A DNA stretch of 47,878 nucleotides from an uncultured Anaerolineaceae bacterium (GCA_964546745.1 CAZJLN010000001.1:1-47878); one strand, 5' to 3'; counted from the stretch's first letter, positions 36,210 through 45,294 are shown. Notes: generated from the sequence alone by a model not told the origin. A program made the numbers and translations.

Positions 36210-38246
36210 TTACTCTTCTGTTAACCCATAGATGGTGTTTTGTGAGAAAGGACAAATATTTTCTGCAATAGTAATTGGATTATCCAATGCAATAAGATAA
36301 TCTTTACCACCTTCGAGTAAATGTTCACAGTTAGGGAACGAATTTTCATAAGAGAGCAATAATATATAGTCAGCTTCATTTTGCTCTGCAAACGGAATAA
36401 TTTCATCAATAGTTGTGCGATATTGACCACCAATCGAATTATTCATCAGATAATATCGAATAAATATTGCTGTTTGATTAAGATTATCAACAAGATTTGC
36501 CTTTAATTTGTCATCAGCTATTAGTATTCTGGCATCCTCTTCAGCAATTTTTAAGACTTTATCTGATATTGATGAATGATATGGCATTGCATCGGTAAAA
36601 GAACCCCCTACAAATTTGACATCATGGTTGACAGGAGCTACTCTATAAATTTTATAGTTAAAGAGATAAACAACCACAAATGTTAGGATGCAAATAGAAA
36701 TGATCCTAAGAATCTTTGTGTCTTGAGGTTGCGAAGTCCCTAAAAGCTTCTTAGGAATGTGATAACCAGGTAATATGAATACAGAGGGAATGAGGTATAT
36801 AACTAAAGAAGTATACCTGATTAGACTTCCACTTAATAAGGGATATTGTTTATTTATATATGCGATAATAAAGAAGAGAAACCCAAAAATCGTGAGAACA
36901 TAAGTAAAAGAAAACCTTTTGTTTTTAAGGGGATTCTTTACGAAAACGACTGAAATAACACTAATAATCCACAAAATAGTTACATATCTTGAATAATTCA
37001 ACAGTCGAGTTATTAGATCTTTTGTATAAGAAAAATATGAAAGGAGAGAATATTCACTAGGCTGAACGAATGTTTCTACGCCTGTGGTTAATGTATAGCC
37101 ACCCCAAACCGTCGTTTGAAAGGTAATGTAAGATCCCCAAAACAACAATACAATTAACAAGCAGAGAATAAATGTAGGCGTTCGGACAATACTTTTCCAC
37201 TCTCTTTTTAAGTATTGGAAATCATAAATTAATACTATAAATGGTAATCCAATAGTTAAAAATAGGAATTTGCTCTTAACTAAGGAAAAGGATAGGGAAA
37301 TGAGTAACAGTAATAGAAACCGTACACCGTAATTTTTTAAGCGATATTGATAGTCTGTTGTTAATATTAAAGTAAAAACTAATAACAAGAATGCAGAAAT
37401 GATGTCTCCATATAAGGAGTACATAAATGCTGTGTCATCAGCGGTGTAACTGATGATAGTTGATGCAGTGACGAGCAGTAATTTTTGAAAGACACTTTTT
37501 TTATACGAGAGGTTGTAAACCAAGAGCATAGCAATAAGATTAATAAAAACATTGATCCAACTTGCAAATTGCTCGACAACCTTTCCGTAAAAATCGTAAA
37601 TTAGTGAGTATATAACCGTAATAAAAGATGATTCTTGTCTAAACCTCCAAAAAATGTCAAGTTCGTTACCATGAAGTTTGTTGAAGTTAAAGATATACTT
37701 TGCATCAAGACCCCAGTAAGTAAACACATCCCAACGGGGGAACCAGTCTGTCATATTCTGAAGTGTTAGTATTGAGGTGAATGCAAAAAAAACGCCAAAG
37801 AAGAAATAATCGACAACATAAAGACCATTAAAACTAACGAGGTCAGGGATCAGATTTTTCTGCATACATAAAAATAAAATCAGCATACTGATAATAGCAA
37901 GTAATCGCAAGATAAATATACTGTGAATAAAAATAAAATTAAAGTGTAACCATCCAAACAATAAGAAAAGTAAAGGGATAAAGAAAATCCCGAACACACT
38001 TGCATTTGTAAGCCAACCAACAATATTCTTATACGGAAAAATATTACGCAAGAAATAAGCAGGGGCAATACCAATGACAACTAAGAGGAAAGTAAATTCA
38101 ATAACACGAAAGGACGATGATATTTCAGAAATCCCTTTAATTAATAGATATAAAGCAATAAAAAAACCTAATAATATGAAAAGACGCTTTCTTTCTGTAA
38201 TATAGTTCCTTATGTTATTTAACAGCTTAGTTAGCTTTTGACGCAT
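36210..38246 (-). CDS. Large polytopic membrane protein with a C-terminal soluble domain; putative GT-C-type transferase or polymerase
   Basis: About 678 aa with 14 or more hydrophobic segments, then about 130 soluble residues. I prefer ATG at 38246, which has GGTGGAG 6 nt upstream, over the track's GTG at 38261. The function is inferred from context only. Confidence 0.55.
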   Translation of the reverse strand: MRQKLTKLLNNIRNYITERKRLFILLGFFIALYLLIKGISEISSSFRVIEFTFLLVVIGIAPAYFLRNIFPYKNIVGWLTNASVFGIFFIPLLFLLFGWLHFNFIFIHSIFILRLLAIISMLILFLCMQKNLIPDLVSFNGLYVVDYFFFGVFFAFTSILTLQNMTDWFPRWDVFTYWGLDAKYIFNFNKLHGNELDIFWRFRQESSFITVIYSLIYDFYGKVVEQFASWINVFINLIAMLLVYNLSYKKSVFQKLLLVTASTIISYTADDTAFMYSLYGDIISAFLLLVFTLILTTDYQYRLKNYGVRFLLLLLISLSFSLVKSKFLFLTIGLPFIVLIYDFQYLKREWKSIVRTPTFILCLLIVLLFWGSYITFQTTVWGGYTLTTGVETFVQPSEYSLLSYFSYTKDLITRLLNYSRYVTILWIISVISVVFVKNPLKNKRFSFTYVLTIFGFLFFIIAYINKQYPLLSGSLIRYTSLVIYLIPSVFILPGYHIPKKLLGTSQPQDTKILRIISICILTFVVVYLFNYKIYRVAPVNHDVKFVGGSFTDAMPYHSSISDKVLKIAEEDARILIADDKLKANLVDNLNQTAIFIRYYLMNNSIGGQYRTTIDEIIPFAEQNEADYILLLSYENSFPNCEHLLEGGKDYLIALDNPITIAENICPFSQNTIYGLTEE

Positions 38247-38490
38247 GTAATACTCCACCAAGTAAAATTAATCTATCCAAAAATGTTTACAAAAATAAGC
38301 TTAGTCCGTTTATTTTACCGACAATTATTATACCTTAGGTATAAATACTGTCGACCATTTACAAAAAACCATTGTTATCATGAAATTGTCTCAATTCATT
38401 AGAGACAACGATTGTTTCTCTCCTAAAGTCCGGAATCACACAGCATTATTGGTGGACGTTTAAAGTCTTTATTTCTAAAAATAATTATGC

Positions 38491-38519
38491 TTGCTTATAT
38501 CGTATTTATCTTGTACAAT
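38491..38519 (+). promoter_or_regulatory. Candidate sigma-70-type promoter for spoVS
   Basis: TTGCTT (38491-38496), a 17-nt spacer, then TACAAT (38514-38519), about 80 nt upstream of the spoVS ATG. The background is AT-rich, so chance matches are possible. Confidence 0.4.
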
Positions 38520-38597
38520 ATAATTAATACCTATTAATGATGAATTAGGTTTTGCTAAGATTTTTCTCTTGCCTATAAGATTTATGGGAGATGAGAC

Positions 38598-38900
38598 ATG
38601 AACATTATAAAAGTATCGGCAAACTCCCGCACCGCTGCTGTAGCAGGGGCTATTGCAGGCGTCATGAGAGAAAAGCATTTTGTGGAAGTCCAATCTATTG
38701 GAGCTGGTGCTGTTAACCAGGCAGTCAAAGCCATCGTGTTAGCAAAGAGCTATTTGATCAACGATGGTATTGATATCATTTGCGTGCCCGAATTTGTCGA
38801 TATTACTATCGAAGATAAGGTGCGCACTGCTATAAAGTTTGTGATCACACCCAGAGAAGAGGTCTTAAAATTCGAAGCGGTCAATCCTGAAGAGTTTTAA
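38598..38900 (+). CDS. spoVS: Stage V sporulation protein S family protein
   Basis: 100 aa. IKVSANSRTAAVAGAIAGVMRE..VEVQSIGAGAVNQAVKAIVLAKSYL..IDIICVPEF..RTAIKFVITPRE is near-canonical SpoVS. GGGAG lies 7 nt upstream. Confidence 0.9.
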   Translation: MNIIKVSANSRTAAVAGAIAGVMREKHFVEVQSIGAGAVNQAVKAIVLAKSYLINDGIDIICVPEFVDITIEDKVRTAIKFVITPREEVLKFEAVNPEEF

Positions 38901-38952
38901 CTCTTTTTTACTTTAGGGGGTGATCTACCCACAACGGGTATTTCAATTTGGA

Positions 38953-39585
38953 TTAAATCTGAACAACTTCTTTTCCTGTTAACCTTTCGTTGATCTTTTC
39001 AATGATCAGCGAAAGGTGTCCTGGCTTTGACACAAAATCTAGATCATCACAGGATATTGTCAGGAGGGGGCATAAATTGAAGGATGATACCCAATCTTCG
39101 TAAAGACCATTCAATTGCCTCAGGTAATCTGTGCTAATTGTGCGTTCATAATCCCTGCCTCGTTTGGCAATCCGATTTTGAAGGGTCTCAACCGACGCTC
39201 TTAAATAGATAACTAAGTCCGGTGGTGGAAGGAATTCAACAAGCACATGATAAAGATCCTGGTAAACACTGTAATCTCTTTCATTGATAGCGTCCTGCAG
39301 GTAGAGATTACGTGCAAAAATCTCAGCATCCTCAAACACACTACGGTCTTGGATGACTGAGCCTTTGATAGCAGTCAGTTGATGATGGATGCGCAGTCGG
39401 CGGGTAAGAAAGTAAATTTGGGAATGAAATGCCCAGGTCTTCATGTCCTTATAAAAATCGGGAAGGTATGGATTGTCGTTGACTGGCTCATAAAAAGCAG
39501 TAAACCCCATATGTTCGCTCAGCAATCCCACCAGAGTAGACTTTCCAACCCCAATATTCCCGGCAACCACAAGATACTTATCCAT
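38953..39585 (-). CDS. Deoxynucleoside kinase (dAK/dGK/dCK family)
   Basis: 210 aa. P-loop VAGNIGVGKSTL, then FYEPV..NPYLPDFY, QIYFL, DRSV.ED.IFA and an arginine-rich lid (RIAKRGRDYE). Confidence 0.88.
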   Translation of the reverse strand: MDKYLVVAGNIGVGKSTLVGLLSEHMGFTAFYEPVNDNPYLPDFYKDMKTWAFHSQIYFLTRRLRIHHQLTAIKGSVIQDRSVFEDAEIFARNLYLQDAINERDYSVYQDLYHVLVEFLPPPDLVIYLRASVETLQNRIAKRGRDYERTISTDYLRQLNGLYEDWVSSFNLCPLLTISCDDLDFVSKPGHLSLIIEKINERLTGKEVVQI

Positions 39586-39606
39586 TAATTCCTTGTATAT
39601 CTATTA

Positions 39607-41073
39607 TTATTTTACAACCATCGGCAAATAGAGCTCGTACCCTACATCAAAGAAAATTGCACTAACTGCTCCCCAGTTATCATTCTCACTTTGGCCGTGC
39701 AGATAAAGAATATGCGTACCAAGCCCCAGCTCAGTTGTATCCACTTCTGCAGAAACAGATTCAAACACGCTGTTAAAAGCGCCGTCAATGCTTTGCATTT
39801 GTGTTGGTAAAGCATTTATATCCCAGACAGGTACGTCAAGGCTAAATTCTGCCGCTTTTATATCTTGAGCAAATTGATCCTCATCCCAATAACCTGCCCC
39901 ATATATTTCTGCTGTCAGGGTGATCGGTTGACCTACCCGGATAATCTCCTGTGAAACTTGGGTATTGAGCACTTCTGGTCCTGATCCGATTAGGTAAGGC
40001 ATGCGTGCTGATTTGACAGCATACAGCAGAGCAGGGAGGTTTTTGGGTAATATCGAATCTGAAAAATGTGAACAATTTTCGTTCAGGATTGTGCCAAGAT
40101 TGAGCATAAAGGAAGCAATCCCTAATGTCCCATACACAAAGTCAGTGACGGTCCCGTAATGGGGCACTTGGTAAAAACTGAAATAACGCATGGGCTCGTA
40201 ATTGTTGAAAAATCCTAGTTTATTGCCTATTATGGCAAGTTGCGCGTCGTTTGGTGCAGGTACATCTGTGTAAGCAAATGGCCAAAGAATGTTGCCAGGG
40301 TAGCTGTGTAGGTCAATCACAATGCCGGTTGCATCCAGCGGTGCCAGTCCACCGTCATCTTCTCCGTTTTGATCCACAAATTCAGCTAGGATATAAGCTT
40401 GGATGGCGCTTGTTTCAGGCTCTGAATTTGCGCTTGCTCCGCTATAGTCATCTTCACAAGGATTGAACGAATCCTGCCATTGAAAAGCAAAATTTCGGTT
40501 CAGGTCTGCTCCTCTTTGGCTCGGATCACTGGGGCAGTATGTTGCGTTTGTATTCTTGTGCCAGTAAGTGCCAGCTTCCACCAATGAACGTCCATCTGGG
40601 TTGGCAATCAACAATAAGTGAACCTCTTGATGATCTAATATCCAAGTGATATCTGGATCTGTCCCATAGCTAGATAATAAGTATTCTCCAAAGCGTAAAT
40701 TTAATTCAACTGGCGCCAATTCACCTGCATGCTGACCGCTCACGATCAAGATTTTGGGCTTTCCCGATGTAATTGATTGGTTTGTAAGCTTCAAAACCCA
40801 TACATCATATCCTAGCCGTTCATCTCCCTCGTTTGTCTTGTCCCATGAATCACCGATGTCAATCCATTCTGCCAAATTAGGATATGCCAATGTCAAAGTT
40901 GCGCCGGTGGCTTGTACCTCTTCTATTGTCCGGTAGCAAGGATAGCCAGGAATGCTGGTAAGCTCTAATTCTTGAGTACCGACCTTTGCAGAAGTACTTA
41001 TGAGCGGGATTAATAGAGAACATATGAAGAGAACTGAGAAAATAAATCGGAGAGGAACTGCTTTTTTGGGCAT
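39607..41073 (-). CDS. Secreted M14-family carboxypeptidase paralog, catalytic Glu replaced (possible pseudo-enzyme)
   Basis: 488 aa with a signal peptide. The Zn ligands are present (QHAGE, DLHSY), as is DLNRNF. The position equivalent to Glu270 reads FMLNLG (Asn codon at 40099-40101), versus CFELG in the neighbouring paralog. Confidence 0.78.
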   Translation of the reverse strand: MPKKAVPLRFIFSVLFICSLLIPLISTSAKVGTQELELTSIPGYPCYRTIEEVQATGATLTLAYPNLAEWIDIGDSWDKTNEGDERLGYDVWVLKLTNQSITSGKPKILIVSGQHAGELAPVELNLRFGEYLLSSYGTDPDITWILDHQEVHLLLIANPDGRSLVEAGTYWHKNTNATYCPSDPSQRGADLNRNFAFQWQDSFNPCEDDYSGASANSEPETSAIQAYILAEFVDQNGEDDGGLAPLDATGIVIDLHSYPGNILWPFAYTDVPAPNDAQLAIIGNKLGFFNNYEPMRYFSFYQVPHYGTVTDFVYGTLGIASFMLNLGTILNENCSHFSDSILPKNLPALLYAVKSARMPYLIGSGPEVLNTQVSQEIIRVGQPITLTAEIYGAGYWDEDQFAQDIKAAEFSLDVPVWDINALPTQMQSIDGAFNSVFESVSAEVDTTELGLGTHILYLHGQSENDNWGAVSAIFFDVGYELYLPMVVK

Positions 41074-41205
41074 AGTTATCTACCTACACAATTTGATTTC
41101 AGCAGGTAATCTATTTTATCAGGCAATTGTAAGAAACCGACCATGTTAAACAAAAAACAACCTGACACACGTCAAGTTGTTTTCTGATCAATTTAACTCT
41201 GTGAA

Positions 41206-43212
41206 TTAATTCATAATCACCGGCAAGAAGAGTATGAAATCGACATGGATGGTTACGGTTGCCAACTCACTCAGTAGTTGCCCATCGTTTGCTTTATAAG
41301 TGAAAGTATCTGTCCCAACAAAGCCTTGATTGGGTGTATAGGTCAAGTCAGGTGATGTCCCACTCAGGCTGCCATGTAAAGGCTCGTCCACGACAGCAAA
41401 GGTGATCGGGTCTGCATCAGGATCAGATCCCGTCAGGGTGATGCTTATAGGAGCCTCATATCGTGTCCATACCTCAATATCATTGGCAACAGGTGGGTTA
41501 TTGAGATCCCCTTCGATTGTCAGGAAAATTGCACTGACTGCTCCCCAATTATTTCCCGTGTCTTTTCCGCGCACATAAATAATATGACGTCCAGGATTTA
41601 AACTGGTCGTGTCGATGGTAGCAGTAACATTCTCAATAGTGCTGTTGAAGCTGCCATCGCTTGGATTCATTGCAATTGGCGAATACCCATCTTCCCAATA
41701 GGGAATGTCGATGGCATATTCAGTCTGGGCAATGGGTTGGGTTGGGTCGCTGTAACCACTGCGGAATTGAGTATCATTGACCTGTGCTGTAAGCGTAACG
41801 GGCGTACCGGCTGGTACAGTACTATCGTCCAGCGCCAGATTAATGGTGTTGGGTCCAGCTGGGGTTATGTAAGGAGTGCGTGAGACCTTGGATGCATAAA
41901 GTAAAGCTGGCAGGTTATTAGGCAGGATATCGTTTTCGAAAACAGAGCATTCCTCGAAAAACTCGTCTCCCAGCTCAAAGCAGTACCCAGCCACACCCAG
42001 TCTGCCGTAAGCGTAATCATCCGTACTGCCGTCCGTTGGATAAAGATCTGAAGATTGCTGAGGCACATGGTTATTAAAGAAGGCAAATCTGCGACCTAAA
42101 GTTTGTAATCCAGTTGCATTAGGCGCTGGATCGTAAGAGAATCCCCAGGACCACAATACCAGACGGCTGTAGCTGTGCAGATCAATATATACGCCGGTGG
42201 CGTCGTCAGGGGCAGGGTTGCTCAGGCTGCTTTCGTCGCGTTGATCAGGGAATATCAGGTTCATATAATTCTGAACGGCTTGTGTCTCGGGTTCTGAGGC
42301 TGCTACTGGTCCACGGTAGGTTGTATCACACGGATTGCCGCTTGAGCATCCATAATATGATGGACATCCATTCCAAAGGAAGTCAAAGTTCCGATTAAGG
42401 TCTGCCCCCCGATTCGTGCTGGTTACACCGCAGTAATTCTCATTCGTGTTCTTGCGCCACGAGAGCCCAATCTCTGCTTCCTTGCGCCCATCCGGGTTAG
42501 CTTGCAGCATAATATGGATTTCATGGTAATCCAGGAGCCAGTGAATATCGGCATTGTTATTGTAATTTTCTATCAAATAGCCTGAAAAACGTGCTGCCAG
42601 TTCGGCAGTCGTATACTCACGCGCGTGGATTGCAGCGGTGATGAATAACTTAGGTTTATCTCCCGGAATGGTTTCATTAGTCAACCGTAGAATCATCATA
42701 TCATAACCATCCGGCTGCCCAACACTCTTCTCCCAGGAATCTCCCACGTCAATCCATTCTGCTAAGTCCGGGTATGTGGTGGCAATGGCGTTTGCATAAG
42801 CAAATATTTCTTCTACAGTCCTGTAGCAGTTATAAGGAGGTGGCAGTGTATTGAGAGAGTATTGCCGGAGCATATCCAGCTTCTTGAAATTGGCAGTCTC
42901 TTCAAGATCTAATACCGTTCTAAACCCCAGTGATCGGATTTGCAGCAGCTCTGTTGGGCTGGCTGCCACTAACACATATTGTTCTAACCGGTTGTTAAAC
43001 TCAAACAGGTCAAAGGACACTAACAAGCGGATGTCCTCTGGTTTCTCATAATAAACACGGTAAACTTGCCTTTCAACGCCTGTGCTCAAGGTACACATTT
43101 CACCTTCAGCCAAAGGCGGCAGTTGTGAGGACGCGGCAAGGGCACTCTCGCCGTTCATCACAGATAAAACCAGCACAAAAAGGATGACGATTAAAGGAAT
43201 TCTTTGTTTCAT
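41206..43212 (-). CDS. Secreted M14-family zinc carboxypeptidase with N-terminal pro-like extension and C-terminal cadherin/Ig-like domain
   Basis: 668 aa with a signal peptide. IHAREYTTAE (HxxE), GADLNRNF, DLHSY and CFELG form a full catalytic set. The C-terminal segment PPVANDIEV..LTGSDPDADPITF..TDTFTYKANDG is a cadherin-like repeat. Confidence 0.85.
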   Translation of the reverse strand: MKQRIPLIVILFVLVLSVMNGESALAASSQLPPLAEGEMCTLSTGVERQVYRVYYEKPEDIRLLVSFDLFEFNNRLEQYVLVAASPTELLQIRSLGFRTVLDLEETANFKKLDMLRQYSLNTLPPPYNCYRTVEEIFAYANAIATTYPDLAEWIDVGDSWEKSVGQPDGYDMMILRLTNETIPGDKPKLFITAAIHAREYTTAELAARFSGYLIENYNNNADIHWLLDYHEIHIMLQANPDGRKEAEIGLSWRKNTNENYCGVTSTNRGADLNRNFDFLWNGCPSYYGCSSGNPCDTTYRGPVAASEPETQAVQNYMNLIFPDQRDESSLSNPAPDDATGVYIDLHSYSRLVLWSWGFSYDPAPNATGLQTLGRRFAFFNNHVPQQSSDLYPTDGSTDDYAYGRLGVAGYCFELGDEFFEECSVFENDILPNNLPALLYASKVSRTPYITPAGPNTINLALDDSTVPAGTPVTLTAQVNDTQFRSGYSDPTQPIAQTEYAIDIPYWEDGYSPIAMNPSDGSFNSTIENVTATIDTTSLNPGRHIIYVRGKDTGNNWGAVSAIFLTIEGDLNNPPVANDIEVWTRYEAPISITLTGSDPDADPITFAVVDEPLHGSLSGTSPDLTYTPNQGFVGTDTFTYKANDGQLLSELATVTIHVDFILFLPVIMN

Positions 43213-43458
43213 TCTATTTTCTCCGTTTTGTCTTGTAATAAATTCAACAGATTTTTAATTTTAGGTAGAAAATTTTTGTCTTGGCTCATTAGCTAACATA
43301 TCCAAGTAAATTTGATAATTATGAATAGGCCATACAATATGAGATACCCTGGGGCACATGTTTTGACCGAACGAGATAATCCTTGATAAAGGTTGGGGTC
43401 GTATTTTTATTGTAACACTAATTCGGAAAAGTTAATTAATTTTAACCATAAATGGTGT

Positions 43459-44640
43459 TTAAACAATAACAGGTTCAGGAGAGTGGACTTTAACGCGGGT
43501 AAGCAACAACAACGCAATAATATTCAACCCCACCGCAGCCAAACAGCTTACCCAAAAATCAATGCGATAAAAACTGGGTCCGACCAAAGATCCCACCATA
43601 CGGCCTAGCGAAAAGGCTGCAATCGTTATCGACATCAAAGTGGCACGTGCCTGTGGCATTACTTCGCTCATCAAAGTCATCCCGCTGATCAGGGCAAATT
43701 CAAAGGTAATGTAGAAGGCACCCAATCCTACCAATGCCAGGCTCAGGGCTTTGCTTGTGAGGGGTAATAATGCGGCTGCCAGGCAGTTGAGACCCAAGGC
43801 AATTCGGAGAGAGCGTTTTTTACCAAGACGATCCAGGAGTGCTACGGAGAGCAATTCAGATCCCATCTCAGAAGCACCGATCACCACCGTTGCCACAGAC
43901 AGCGTAGCAAATGTCAATCCAAAGGCTTGCTTGATCCAATCACCGAATACGAGGTTGACAATCTCGTTGGCAGATGTAAAAAGGACTCCCATTAATATGC
44001 CTGCAATAGCGGGACTGTAAGATAGAACTTTTTTAAAATTCTGTATTATTTCTGTTTGAAGACCCGAACCTTGTTCATCGTGTGGGATGCGCCAGAAGAG
44101 CAATGAGTTCAAGATCAAACCCAAGGCTGTCAAACCTAAAAAAACAATCGCATAATTTGACTTGAGCATCAATGCGTTAACAATGGGCACACTAATGATA
44201 AAAGCTAACGCCCAACTCAGTTCGGTAATCGAAAGTACGGTACCACGGCGCTCAAATGCAACTCGGTCGCTTAGGTAAGCCTGCATAGAAGGGATAAATA
44301 TTCCATTTCCAATGATGACTAAGGAGGAGCCGAGGATGAATGTGACGAACCCTGGCAGGGCAGCAGTCAGACCTGTTCCCAGGGTGAATAATCCCACGCC
44401 AAGAAGCATGCCTGCTTTTCTACCACGAGTATCGGCAATCGCAGCTAAAAAAGGCGCCAGGATTCCTAAAAAAGCCCGTACAGACAAGCCCAGCGCTAAC
44501 TGATCAATGGAGACGCCTAACTGAATAGCAAACAGTGGCAATAGTGGATAGACCATACGAAAACCAGTATTGATCGCTGTTCGTATGAGTGTAAATAGAA
44601 TAATCTGAAGCCTTATCTGCTGTTTACCTTGTTGGATCAT
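43459..44640 (-). CDS. MFS transporter
   Basis: 393 aa, 12 TM. The MFS loop 2-3 motif is present as ADTRGRK. Confidence 0.85.
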   Translation of the reverse strand: MIQQGKQQIRLQIILFTLIRTAINTGFRMVYPLLPLFAIQLGVSIDQLALGLSVRAFLGILAPFLAAIADTRGRKAGMLLGVGLFTLGTGLTAALPGFVTFILGSSLVIIGNGIFIPSMQAYLSDRVAFERRGTVLSITELSWALAFIISVPIVNALMLKSNYAIVFLGLTALGLILNSLLFWRIPHDEQGSGLQTEIIQNFKKVLSYSPAIAGILMGVLFTSANEIVNLVFGDWIKQAFGLTFATLSVATVVIGASEMGSELLSVALLDRLGKKRSLRIALGLNCLAAALLPLTSKALSLALVGLGAFYITFEFALISGMTLMSEVMPQARATLMSITIAAFSLGRMVGSLVGPSFYRIDFWVSCLAAVGLNIIALLLLTRVKVHSPEPVIV

Positions 44641-44651
44641 CGCTGTTTGTC

Positions 44652-44687
44652 TAAAAAATAAAAGCGCCTATCATAAAGGATAGACGC
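44652..44687 (-). terminator. Rho-independent terminator/attenuator after the Rrf2 gene, just upstream of the MFS start
   Basis: On the minus strand, GCGTCTATC, loop CTTTAT, then GATAGGCGC (9 bp with 1 mismatch), followed by TTTTATTTTTT. The plus-strand arms are at 44664-44672 and 44679-44687. Confidence 0.55.
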
Positions 44688-44706
44688 ATCGTTCATGTAT
44701 TTTTTT

Positions 44707-45126
44707 CTAAAATGGAAGTGAGCCTTCACGTTTGAGTAAATCGGTGAGTGATGTGCCCTTCAATTTTTGAACTAACAATTCTTGTGCCTCAATCCACATC
44801 TTGTGAATGGGGCAGGTCTCCCCAAAGGGACAGGTAGTGGAGTCATGCGTACATTCGTTTAAATAAATGGGTCCATCAATTGCTGTGACCACATCATAGA
44901 CAGAGATCTCATCTGTGCTTCGGGTAAGGCTGACACCACCTTTTGCGCCACGCACAGTCGTAATCAGGCTGCTAACAGCAAGTTGAGAAACAATTTTGGC
45001 CAAGAATGATTTTGGAATCATCATTTCTTCTGCAATTTTATGGGTCGATGCTTGGGTGTTGGATTCTAATCGAGCCAGATATAACATGGCTCTCAAGGCA
45101 TAGTCGGCTTGGCGTGTTATTTGCAT
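44707..45126 (-). CDS. Rrf2-family transcriptional regulator with an IscR-like Cys3-His cluster ligand set
   Basis: 139 aa. MQITRQADYALRAMLYLA is the Rrf2 wHTH N-terminus. ECTHDSTTCPFGETCPIH gives C-x6-C-x5-C-x2-H. Confidence 0.9.
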   Translation of the reverse strand: MQITRQADYALRAMLYLARLESNTQASTHKIAEEMMIPKSFLAKIVSQLAVSSLITTVRGAKGGVSLTRSTDEISVYDVVTAIDGPIYLNECTHDSTTCPFGETCPIHKMWIEAQELLVQKLKGTSLTDLLKREGSLPF

Positions 45127-45249
45127 GTTAACTTATCCTCTCATTAATTCTTAATCTAATTATAATAAATTAGGCTAAGTTTATCATACATTCTTGGTTT
45201 TGTTTCATTTTGCATCAATAACCCATTTATCCAGGTTTTATGGGTTGAT

Positions 45250-45277
45250 TTGAAAATTTGTGCAACCTCATTATAAT
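45250..45277 (+). promoter_or_regulatory. Candidate sigma-70 promoter for the thioesterase/M42 pair
   Basis: TTGAAA (45250-45255), a 16-nt spacer, then TATAAT (45272-45277). GGAG at 45284-45287 and ATG at 45295. Confidence 0.45.
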
Positions 45278-45294
45278 ATCTATGGAGTGTAAAC

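Noticed and set aside
38475-38693. 72-aa ORF overlapping the spoVS start on the opposite strand.
   Set aside because: It overlaps the promoter and 5' end of a strongly supported spoVS gene and has no motifs.
38598-38900. SpoVS as an indicator of an endospore former or of something unusual.
   Set aside because: SpoVS homologs are widespread in non-sporulating lineages. No other sporulation genes occur in the window, so no inference is warranted.
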